A stretch of DNA of 50,429 bases, counting the filler, from Porpidia crustulata (taxonomy: Eukaryota): the NCBI GenBank assembly GCA_964255105.1. It is 2 parts of 2 records of this genome, joined end to end, with 100 filler letters (N's around TTAATTAATTAA, not from the genome) between each part and the next. Parts side by side here need not be neighbours in the genome. Positions count along the whole stretch, not along the records: positions 1 to 25,251 come from CAXUWE010000051.1; 1 more part is not named here. The stretch is one strand, 5' to 3'. Positions 1 through 10,284 of this stretch are shown here, piece after piece. The stretch's first letter is position 1. The number at the start of each line of letters is the position of its first letter. The notes below the pieces were generated by a model that searched no databases, was not told the DNA's origin, and worked only from the letters and a program-made list of their open reading frames with translations. The position numbers were made by a program, and so were the translations under genes.

Positions 1-4
1 GTAT

Positions 5-204
5 CAATTTTGGTGGACCATCCTCAAAATTTTGATCAACTCTTCACAACAATGCCTTATTCAATGCTACTTCAACTGCTTGTTATCGTCTGATCCAGCT
101 CTTATTAACAACTGCTGTGACAGAAAACTTGATTCAATGAAAATTTCAATTTGAACGGCATGTAAAAATTGATCAAAATCTTGATAATGACCTCGTCAAA
201 ATTG
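5..204. mobile_element. MITE-like or foldback relic with ~35-bp imperfect terminal inverted repeats
   Basis: The reverse complement of 5-39 (TTGATCAAAATTTTGAGGATGGTCCACCAAAATTG) aligns with 169-204 (TTGATCAAAATCTTGATAATGACCTCGTCAAAATTG) at about 28/36 positions, with mostly transition mismatches. The interior is AT-rich and non-coding. No target-site duplication can be checked because the element abuts the window edge. Confidence 0.4.
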
Positions 205-613
205 GTGGGGTTTCCCTAGCGCATGCTTCCATTTTTTATTTCAACAGCGTTCGAGGTTGTAGAAATATATGTGATCGGTTGAGCAGCAAAATGATAATTG
301 GAAAACACAGCACACAACCAAGGAACAGTCTGTGGTTCACAACATGTGCTGCGGCCGGACTAGGTCGAGAGATGTACAATAGCAAAATTGTAGTAGAAGG
401 GAGAAGGCAAATATGGCCGAGCATTGAGTTGCGACAAGTGCACGAGACCAAGAAGGTTTCATCGCAGTACCACTTCCTTGAATCAATTCCAAGTGTGCGA
501 CCTCGAATCATACGAAGCTCAATCATGTCTTGAATGTATAAGTTCCTGATCCGATCGTACCCCATTCATGACTTCAATTAAGGCAATCTTGTGCGGCACA
601 TCTCCGGAGCCAA

Positions 614-1220
614 TCACACATATTCCACCACCAATTCCACATCAGAGCAATTTCCTGGGGTGGTGACGAACTTCAACTTATAAAACACCTGCACTGCTGG
701 TCCGTACAAGAGTGTATTGTTACAAGCTGGACTTTGTTAGTCCAAGTCGCTCACGCAAATAATATCCAAGAAGAGACCTCGTCGACTCACCGTAGAAACC
801 TCCGGAGAGTGGATTGTGATATTTGATCACTCCCTGATCAATAAATATGCTCTTTGTCCCACTTCCTGGCAGAATTTTGATGGGATTGTACGTCGCATTG
901 ATCTGGTCAATTACGAAGCTATAAGTAAATTGGCCTCCAAAGTCGAACACCAAGTCTCCAGCATCGTTTGCCAGATCTTCAGCAGTTCCGTTTAGACGGC
1001 CGATGATACCAGGTTTTTTAGGTGTCTTGGGCGTGAAGACTGCGTAGTTGAAAGGAGGATATATGTGATAAGGTTCTATGTATAAGGACTCGAACAATGG
1101 GCGTGGTGGCGTAAGCACGTGAGACCTGAGTCGGAAGGACTTTTGGTTGGTAGACTTTATAGGGACGGCATTGGCGGCGATGATACACACTAGTAAGAGA
1201 GGAATTGAATGGAATCTCAT
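614..1220 (-). CDS. Small secreted protein, 180 aa, with a two-Cys C-terminus (putative cell-wall or surface protein)
   Basis: Exons 1220-791 and 726-614; intron 790-727 (GTGAGT...CTAAC...CAG). Signal-peptide-like N-terminus MRFHSIPLLLVCIIAANA. Spliced C-terminus GGFYACNNTLLYGPAVQVFYKLKFVTTPGNCSDVELVVEYV*. The F-x-A-C ... C-x-x-V-x-L ending is typical of small fungal secreted wall proteins. N-glycosylation sequons NGT, NAT, NNT and NCS are present. Confidence 0.85.
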
Positions 1221-2525
1221 GATTGCGAGACGAGTCAAAAAAGACGAAGATGACGGACGGCAGTCTTCTTATTAGTAAGGAAATGACGAGAATCAATTCT
1301 CACAATGTCGTGCGGTAATGAAATCTACAGTCCCAATGAAGCTTTCGCAACACAAGCTTCCAATATTCAATTTTTACCCGTTAGTCTCACCGTGTGATTG
1401 GCTTCGAAGTGTTACCAGTATTGAATACGAGTGCCGATGCACCATGACGGGGTCTTCAGAATACAACCGTGACATTCGAATAAGATCTTCAAGATCGCAT
1501 AAGCTGAACGCTGTTTTCTCTCATCAAAAGAAAAAGCTTTCATTAGTTGAAGGCAATACGTTGATGCAATCGCAATGTTACAGATACAGGATAGCTTTCC
1601 TGTTGATTGGCTGCCTGCTGCATCATTCGCCGCAGACTTGGTATCTTTATTCCTGTACAAATGCGAAAGTCAGTTCAAGGCTTCTGAATCAGTAATTGAC
1701 TGTCAAGCTAAATATCATTTCTTTAGTCTACAAGTCCGATCAATCGTCTCCGAGATAGGTAAGGTAGATAGTTATCCGTCCGAAAACAGTCGCAGTAGCC
1801 TTGAACTAACGAGATCTACTAGTCGGGTACCTACATGAACGTATTAGACGTGAACCTAACCGTTCTATGAGAGGAAATATACAGGATTGGGAGTGCTCGC
1901 GAGCGTGTCAGTAATTTCAAGGTATTGTTCCTAGCGAGTATCATGATCTCGGACAACTTGGGTGAAAAGATATATATTTTGGAAATATTATGGGCAAAGA
2001 TCAAAATTAAGCAAGATATGATTACGTAGTTGGTGTTACGAGATGGCCAAGAATCTTGCGTCTGCGTAGTAGCAAATTCTGTGTCGTTGAGAAGTGAGCG
2101 TGATGTAGATCAAGAGTCATCATCTGAACAATTGCGAGTAAGGTAGAATATGTCCATTATTGCAATATACATGATTGATCAGCTAGACAAACATCCCAGC
2201 GCCCCATGGTGAAATTTCCCCCGACCGTCCACAGCACCAGTCGCTTGACCATAGAACACCAGCAAGTCCGAATAGGGAGACAATAGATTTTGGTGTGCGT
2301 GCGAAACCAAAAGGAAAGGAATGCAATGGACTGGCCAGGCCCAAGCAAAAACAAGATAATACAGGATGGGGGGGTGGTGGTTTTCGAGCAGAGCCAGTGC
2401 GCCGCGGTGCTTGATTGAATCTCTCAGCGCCCAACTGGATCCCCGACTCCGCGCTCCTATGGCTGCATAGATTTCGCCGCAAAAGTTGTCGTGGGCGAAA
2501 GGCGGAGGACTTGTAGACGGGGCGT

Positions 2526-2919
2526 CTACAATACGATGAGTGAGGGGCAGACGTTGCCGACGTTGACGAGGCCGTTCTGGGCGCCGCTGGAGCAGCAGGC
2601 CAGGGATTGTTGCTGGGAGCACTGGGAAGTGATGGGGAGGACGCTAAGGACTGGGAACGGGATTTGTTAGCATCGGAGTAAGAACTTTTCCCAAACTGGA
2701 TGACCAACCGTCAATGGTGGTGCAGTCAATGCCGACCGTGACGGGAATGAGGTTTAGAGTCTCCTTGACGAGCTGGTTGCAGCAGGACGCCTTCTGGTTG
2801 TTGGAGCATTGGTTCTGTGCGGCTTGGCCAGGAGTGGTCCTGGTCTGGAGGTTCTCTGCTGGAAGAGCGGTTGCCGCAAGGGCGAAGGCAAAGGCTGCGA
2901 TGATGCTGGAGAATTGCAT
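2526..2919 (-). CDS. Class I hydrophobin, 111 aa
   Basis: Exons 2919-2709 and 2650-2526; intron 2708-2651 (GTTGGT...CTAAC...CAG). The spliced protein has a signal peptide and eight Cys: C-X7-CC-X18-C-X14-C-X7-CC-X14-C (QCSNNQKASCCNQLVKETLNLIPVTVGIDCTTIDVLSVLPITSQCSQQQSLACCSSGAQNGLVNVGNVCPSLIVL*). Codon third positions are strongly C-rich. Confidence 0.95.
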
Positions 2920-3050
2920 TTTGAGAGATGGATTTGGAGTCTGGAGACTGGATTGGAAGGCGGATTACTGGTTTGGTTTGCTGTTGATTGTAGGTTTGTT
3001 GGATGATTGAAAAGCTGATGAGGAAGGAAGATGTGGGAGGAGCAGACCTG

Positions 3051-3057
3051 TTATATA
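3051..3057 (-). promoter_or_regulatory. TATA box of the hydrophobin gene
   Basis: TATATAA on the minus strand about 130 bp upstream of the ATG at 2919, followed by a CT- and CAA-rich leader typical of highly expressed fungal genes. Confidence 0.55.
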
Positions 3058-4638
3058 GACTTCTGGAGGAGCTATGAAGCACAACCATCGTTATGATGAT
3101 ATCGTTTCTGTTGCCCAAGGTTTCTCCACCAAGGTACTTCCCATTCTACCCTCGCGGATGTTTGAATTGGGCCCTGTCACGCCGAGTCGAATAGTGTGGT
3201 TTACCTCAGCTCATCGCAGACGCTGGCTACTGATCGACACTGTGCTACCTCAATTCGGACAGTCGTCAAAACCGCGTTGCAACGTTGTATAGCAGCTTGT
3301 GATTTAACTAGCGATGAGATTAAATCACTCATGCGCCCCTGGACAAATGCAAGGTATGTGGCCTGTTTGCTGTTTCATTACCCATCCTCGTCGGAGCCAC
3401 CAGAAGCACGATGATGATTGTCAGACCCAAGAGAAGCAGAGAAAGACAAAGCGGATCATGGTCAACAGGGGTTGGGGAAACCTCCGGTGGTTAGCTTTAC
3501 GGAATTGAAATGGTCCTGTCCACAGCCTCCATCTCGGTGCGGCTCTCTACGCTTCTCCACATTAGTCGCATCGATTCAACACTTTGCGCATATTTGCATC
3601 TTGACCGCAAGCCACGACAACGCCTGTTACTGATGCTTGGGTACTAGTCGTAAAGAGCCCCAGCGGTTGCTGACAGCAATGACTGAAAGGGGTTTGTAGA
3701 GTGCGTTGGACGTAGACGAAGCTCCAACGTATTCTTCGCATACTGATGCAAGCCCTTTGCTTATATCCTTCGAGCAGAAGCTGCGCGCCTTGAAAGAACC
3801 TCCAATAGTTGACCACCGCGTAACATATGGTCCGGGTGATAGATGTAATAATATCACCCTTGATACCATAGCTTTTTTCCCTATCCTTGTATGAGATTGA
3901 TTGATACTGCCAGTGCGCTGGTGCAAAGCCCTTGGTAGATCATTCTATTAAAGGTCAATTACGTGGCAGACCCTGAGCGAAGATAGCTCTAACATCATAG
4001 TCAGACAAGCCGCAACAGGTATTTGTAGACGCGTGTGGAACGGGCATGTGATCTGAATCGAAGCGATCTCATAAATTGAATGCTGGCTTGGACATTTGCA
4101 CTCCAGTCAAGGTTACCATATAGACTTTGGGACAAGCCGTTCGACCATGTCCGTGGTAGCGATCATCGCCACTAACACCCGTGCTACCAAAGCCACGGGT
4201 CAACATCGACTCAAGCCACAGGCGTCATCCTGGTGCTGTGGCCCAGTAGCTTCGTTGAGACTTGAAGTATTTTGCCAGATTATTCAGGGGGAGGTAACGC
4301 TCACGGGCCAACCTCTTAGTACCGCATATAACCTGTGACTTGCCGGTCTGAGATGACATGCTGGGTGAGGGTATACACGTTGAGGGCGGAGAGTAGCAGG
4401 TCCGTGGGATCCCACTGATGTTGTTGTTATTGCTTCCAAGAGCATTGATGCGCCAAAACCCTGATAGTAATTCCCGTCAAGGTTTTCGTCGCTTGGGATG
4501 TCCGAATCTGATTAGCCAGGCGGATTAATGACTAACTCGGATTCGGCTAGTTCGTCAACGGGTGACGCTAGAGGCGAGTGTCATTTACCTACTAGTAGTG
4601 TAGTCAATACCCAATACCCAATAATCCCTGTCCTTTCA

Positions 4639-4669
4639 CCCCTTTACCCCTGACCCCAGATTTTACCCC
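4639..4669 (-). other. Four-tract G-quadruplex-forming motif overlapping STRE- and CreA-like sites
   Basis: CCCC runs at 4639-4642, 4647-4650, 4654-4657 and 4666-4669. The minus strand reads GGGG-TAAAATCT-GGGG-TCA-GGGG-TAAA-GGGG. Confidence 0.35.
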
Positions 4670-6299
4670 GCAAATTCAGAATGCGGACGAGCAAAAGGAG
4701 ATCAGCCATCTTGACCTAGTTTGCTCCCATCTCCAAGAATAGGACTTGGACGTCGGGCAGGAACTAAAGACATTCGGTGGCTGTTTGTGCGCTTCCATGG
4801 TATGAAGCTACAACGTCTCCGATGCGAGCTAAACAAGCTTCGTCAAACTCGATAGAGCGTTTCCGCCATCGCCAAAACCCTGAGTTTCAAAATCAACTTT
4901 CATCGATGCGACTGATTGGTAGTTTCTCTCAACGACGAGCGGGTTCGCAATGAATTTTCCTGTCTCGGAGTACGAGAGGAGGCCAGCTGTACCACCCCAA
5001 GCCGGTCTTCAGTGAGGTTGCCCTCGATGGCTGACTGCTGGCTGTCAATTATATTAGTGATCACTAGGAACGGCACGATCCGGCGACATCACCAGCCGTG
5101 GTGCTATCCTGGTGCTGCCACAAGTGTAGAAGGCTGGCTGAGTATGACAGCCGTCGATGGAATTTGTGTACGTAAACGCCCGCGCTGGCACTCTAGCTGT
5201 AACCACTTTTACGTCCAGCGCGACCGCTACCGTATCCTCTCGTCCAATAGACTCCACATCGCCTGTCCCAGAAAGATCCTGCGCCTTCATAAGACACATT
5301 GGTCCCTTCAACACACTTCGTATATGCGACTTAATGCTCTCTGCATGACTGAATGTGAGACGCTTCTGTAAATCTGGCGATGCCACTCCTTCGTGCACTT
5401 AGTTAAATTGATCGTCGCTGATTTGCCCTTTTCGACTACTCTTAGGTATCGAATGTGTCTTCAAGCCAGTTATCGATCGATTGGTATTCACTCATATGCA
5501 GCATCCTATCAAACGGGCGCTCCCTGAGCCGTCGACGTTCCGAAAATTATTGCGGCTTTTACAATGCGGTGTAACGTACAGGTCTGCGGCTTTCTCCGTG
5601 GCTTTGCCGCCCCTGCCTTGGGCTACTCAGATGTTCCATGACGAAGGTGGAAAACTGCGATCCGAACAAGATGAATGAGGTCCCAATGATGCTAGGCAGT
5701 GAGACCGTCAAGGTAGAACAACAATTTCCTTGACAGAGGTCAAGTGAGGTAATTGGCGTCATTGGGTACAGTGGTAGTTCTGTCATGCTTAGCATCATCG
5801 CATTCCGTAGAGTAAGCTAGAGAAGTACTAGATTGGAAATAGATGAACGTCTTCTCGTCAGACATGTCAGTACGTTCTTTCATCAACCCCGAGTAGTCCG
5901 GGATACTCTTGTAATTCATGGATAAATGGTCTGACGATGCGTTGACTGGGTCTGGTTGTGTTCTCAAGCTAAGGTGACTGGCCATATTATTCCACGTTAT
6001 GGTTCGCTAGATGCTAATTTTTACAAGATCTATGGGCCATCTTTGGGTCATGGAGAGACAAAGTTGACCAAAAGCAGGGCGTGAACCTTTGTCTCTTCGC
6101 TAGAGTGGCTTTTCATGCTTCCTTCTTCAGCATCGGTATACATAAACGAGAGTAAAGTACTATAGGCGATCGATTTCGGGAAAAAATGCCATGAACTGAT
6201 AACAGATAGAGAGGACTTACTTTGGTTGACAAAGTGTCAAAAACCACTCGATTAGGCAGCGAGAGCCTCACCATGCGCAACAAAAAACCCATCCAGATT

Positions 6300-8800
6300 T
6301 AACACACCTACTCAGGGCCGTCACCTACCTTCGAACCTTTGAGCGCAACGCTCTCGCGATACAGATGCGGAAGAGGGCAGATTCACGATATCGAAAATCT
6401 TTGAATGGTTTGCAAAGAGGATTAAAGAAGCATCCAGCACCTCAGAACGTTGCGGCGGCCTCTAGATATCTACACAGAACCGACAGCTGACGTTGGCCCG
6501 CCGCGAACCAAACCGGAAGATTTGTCCTGTTAAACACCGATTTGGTTGTTAGAGTTTGTCAGTATGCATGCCGATCAGTATCACAAGTAGCAAATTGCTG
6601 CTTGCTCACCCTACATAATTTCCTTATCTTCAATAATTCCGATAAGCGTCGTCCAATAGCTTGACCGACGCACGCTGGGGGGTAGCCATTTTGGTTCTCT
6701 TCACAGGGCGAGCCATAGTTTCGGGAGTAATTTCATAGACTGTTATACTGACCAGCGCGCAGACAGGTGATGGGTTCTTTCACATGTACTAGTCCTGCCC
6801 TACCGCGAATCAATGTACAGAGTTTGAATTTATACTGGTCCTGCTGGTCAAAGATGAGAAGCACAGCTTCCGTCTAGTTTCTTGGGTTCTCCAGTGGAAG
6901 AGCTTTCCACCGGTAGCTTGAGCAGCATCAACAGCCTGCATCCTATGTCCAAGAGTCAGTTCCTCATCCGCGACCGGAAGGAGGAGATCCCTTTCTATGC
7001 ACCCCAGGAAGGGTCAGATGCTCAAATTAGTCTTGCATGAATTCTTGGCGTCAGCTTGTTCGGCCGTACTCGGTGTTCAGGCATTGCCTCTTCGATATGT
7101 TTGGCTCTGCTGACCTTCCATTGAGACATGTTGTCTGTCATTGGTAGTCAGGGTACAATAGCTGTCAACTCAGAAAAGAACGTGCTGCTCGAGGTCCGCT
7201 TGGCGAGCCCGCCGTATTCAGCACGCCAGACTTGAGCAAAGAATACATCCAAGAAGTCAGACGTGGCCGGGTCGAGCTGGGAAGTCCATGATGGAATCCT
7301 TCCTCAGTTCTCTGTAGGGAGCTTCATAGGAGCGCTCGCTTGTAGTTTCATAACTGCTATAGGCTGTCTTAGCTAGATAGATATCTGTCCATCTGCGTAC
7401 ATTTGTACATACCAAGATTTCCAATTGTGTATGCTGGTTTTGTATTTGCTTCCGAACGATAACTTCTCCAACCCTCAATCCTATGGCCAATCAACCGGCA
7501 TAATGCAATGCAGCTCGAGGCGCAGCGTGAGGAATGTAGTAGTTGATATTGCACCACACCCGGAAATTTGCATATCGAGGTCGTAATAGAGCATAACAGT
7601 AGCTTGCTAGAGCCCTATAGAGGCAGTGGACAACATGACACTATTCAAGCCAAAGCAAGAAGGCTTACAATCCAGGATTGGACTCCTTCCTTGCTCCAGC
7701 ATACTGAAATCTCGAAATTAGGCTCAAGAGTCGCGAAGACATCCTCCAATACTTCAGTGGAAGTCGGAAAGCTCGGGCATAGTACGTATTCGAATGGGCC
7801 TTCAACCAAGTCCATCCAGTAAACGTCCCTGGCTACAGAGTACCAGGATTCTATACACATCATAGACTGAATGTCGCAGTTCGAAAACCTTTCAACCGAC
7901 GCCTATGTTCAATCAGCCAGGAATAATTCAAAGGCTGCAAGTTTCAACCCCGTTTCGAGAATTCAGGTGTTCACGGCTTGCATATCCCAACATATAGACC
8001 ACAACATCTCAATATCTAACATCAACGCAAAAGATGCTTAGAACAACAAGAACATTGAGATCCAATGCTTGTTTATGTCTACCGGATGATAGGTAAACGA
8101 ACCATATTAATGGTAAACAGATGGATCTCGCTGCTAACCTTCTCTATCAAGATCTTTGACGCATCAAGGCCATTCCTCGAGGCTTTTCGAGCCAAATTAG
8201 GATCAGCCAAATCGATAAAGAGTGTCTCCGCGATATTCTCGATTTTGCCTTGGCAGTAGGCTCCTGCAATGGCCCGTACCCTTGAAGTACGATGGCTTTT
8301 GGAAAGGAGGCTTGGAATAGGTACCTTCATCGGCAAGTGGACTAGGCAGGTTCTACAGTAAGGATATAACATATATATGTATTATATGCTCAATGGCATC
8401 CAAGGCTGTTATGCTCATGACATAGATGGTGGATGTTTCATTGCCAAAGGTCCCTGGGCAGTGCCTGCGATCCTTTAGGACACCATACCTGCTTTAGAAA
8501 TTGAGTGATCCCTATAAGAATGGAAGCTCCCAAGATCCAGATTCAATATTGAGAACATATCTTCCGCTATTCATTCCTCATACCTTGCCATACCTGTAGA
8601 TATACTCGGATATCGAGGCGGCAATGGAGTACTAAATCTGCCTCCTGCGCATTGTCCGGGAACACTGATCAGCATCTTTGCCTGGAGTGCCAACCAAAAT
8701 ATGGCTAGCCAGCATCTCACATCAAGAGAGACACAGCAAGTCTGGGTAGAGTCCGGCAAGATTCGATGGCGTCTGGTCAGTCCTCTTCTACAGCAAACTT
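6300..8800 (-). pseudogene. Possible decayed gene relic, family not identified, boundaries approximate
   Basis: A series of protein-like minus-strand fragments broken by stops and frame changes, e.g. IENIAETLFIDLADPNLARKA (~8250-8180), EVLEDVFATLEPNFEISVCWSKEG (~7760-7685) and DFLDVFFAQVWRAEYGGLAK (~7258-7199). I could not build a coherent intact spliced model. Confidence 0.2.
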
Positions 8801-8868
8801 TGAGTAACGTGATATGGAAGAAATGCATAGGCTTACCTGCAGATAGACGAATGGGAAGGTAAAGATCC

Positions 8869-8936
8869 TCGGCCAATCGGCCGGTCGGTATGTCGGTATG
8901 TCGGTGTATCGGCGAGTCGGCGAGTCGGCGAGTCGG
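8869..8936 (+). repeat. Phased octamer array: nine TCGG cores at an exact 8-bp period with variable 4-bp spacers
   Basis: TCGG starts at 8869, 8877, 8885, 8893, 8901, 8909, 8917, 8925 and 8933. The spacers are CCAA, CCGG, TATG, TATG, TGTA, CGAG, CGAG and CGAG. Confidence 0.9.
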
Positions 8937-8959
8937 TGGACCAGCTCAATGAATATCAA

Positions 8960-9051
8960 ACGCGTTTCTTCTGTTATTGATTTGCCCTCTCCATATCTTC
9001 GTTAACCATTGAAAGATTCATATATACTATTTGCCAAAGCCCTTAACGCGT
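8960..9051. promoter_or_regulatory. Two MCB (MluI cell-cycle box, ACGCGT) elements upstream of the Whi5/Nrm1-like gene
   Basis: ACGCGT at 8960-8965 and 9046-9051, about 270 and 185 bp upstream of ATG 9232. The second overlaps an 8-bp inverted repeat (CCCTTAAC 9040-9047 / GTTAAGGG 9055-9062). MBF regulation of NRM1-type genes is established in yeasts. Confidence 0.6.
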
Positions 9052-9231
9052 GAGGTTAAGGGAATCCAATAGTCCAATAGCATTCTATTAAATTTGCCAA
9101 CATTGCTACGTTATTCTTACGCTTTCGGTTATCAACCTCGCAGCACGTGGTTCAGCAGCTCATTATTCACAATACATTATACCTGGTCAACTAGCCAATT
9201 GCTATTGTTCCGAAAGCTCTGGTCTGCTGTC

Positions 9232-10284
9232 ATGTCAAAGACGAGTCCAACTCGTCGGATCCTGAGCGATCTAAATGTGAACTCCTTCGGCACGCCCACG
9301 ACCATGCGGCTCACAGGGAAAGTCACATCGAGTCTGAAGAGAGGATTTCATGACGTAGCAGAATTGGAGCCCTCACCTGCAGCATCGCGCGTTTGCTCGG
9401 AACTCTCTCCGAGCTCGAAGAGACCGGAACGTTGGGAGAGTCAAGGCTTGAAGGCGCAAGAGGTGAGCCTGTAGCTCCATGAAGTCTCTGGGCATCTGCT
9501 AACGGGTTTCGCAGGATCCTTCGAGAATACCGGAGACCAATATCCTCGCGGATGCAGTGAGCCGAGACCGATCAGACACGATGGGCAACAGTGATTCGCC
9601 ACAGAGTGACAATGACTCGATGACTTTGTCAATAGACTCCCAGGCTGAAGGTGACACGATCAATTCCCAGCAAACAGCAGCAACAGAGGTGACACTACAC
9701 ACGCAATCGGTCGCAGCATTGGTGCGTGGATTCGTGCCGCCGATCGAGAGATGGTCGCTGACAGTCGCATCTAGCACGCAGAGAACCTCCGTCTCCGGTT
9801 GCGTGTTGCACTTTTCAAAGTCCAGACGAACCAGACAAGTATACCGATGTCACAATTGCAACTGAAGTCCGAAAGAAATCGTGTTCAAACTTCATGGCCC
9901 CGGGAGTCGTCCCAAAGCGTACGATCCGTATCCCCACAGAATCAACATCAAGCATCGCACCCCAAGCTGCTTCCAGCACCGATATTGAGGCCCACCATCT
10001 ATTCGGCCCGTACGATTGTGCAACCACATGACCCACCGTCACACCCCCATCCAACGAACAGCAGCCCGGAGTCCATCGTCCGTGATGAGGGTTTCAGAAC
10101 ACCAGCATTGCCCCGAACAACGCCAGACGATTTAACACGCCTTAGAAGCCCATCTGGTAGCCCATCTGGTAGGGAAGAGAGGGACGTAGTTCGAGAACCC
10201 GCGAAGGATGAGAATTTGACTAGTAGTGCTGTCAGAGGCAAGGCAGCATTCAGTCTGTTGGGACTGAGGGGAGTTGGACCGTAG
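9232..10284 (+). CDS. Whi5/Nrm1-family G1/S transcriptional co-repressor, 315 aa
   Basis: Exons 9232-9462, 9515-9721 and 9775-10284; introns 9463-9514 and 9722-9774 (GT-AG with CTAAC/CTGAC). Splicing yields the GTB motif HAENLRLRLRVALFKVQTNQTSIPMSQL. It also has an N-terminal D-box-like RRILSDLNVN, many S/T-P CDK sites, and a C-terminal LTSSAVRGKAAFSLLGL motif. Confidence 0.85.

Noticed and set aside
2179..2707. 147-aa and 174-aa minus-strand ORFs
   Set aside because: They are alternative frames over hydrophobin exon 2 and its 3' UTR; the spliced eight-Cys frame explains the region.
4029..4034. Isolated ACGCGT (also at 13412-13417)
   Set aside because: Single hexamers are expected by chance, and these are not in the proximal promoter of a cell-cycle gene.
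8869..8936. CRISPR-like interpretation of the constant-core, variable-spacer array
   Set aside because: The units are 4+4 bp, the context is eukaryotic and there are no cas genes. It is a short tandem or regulatory array.
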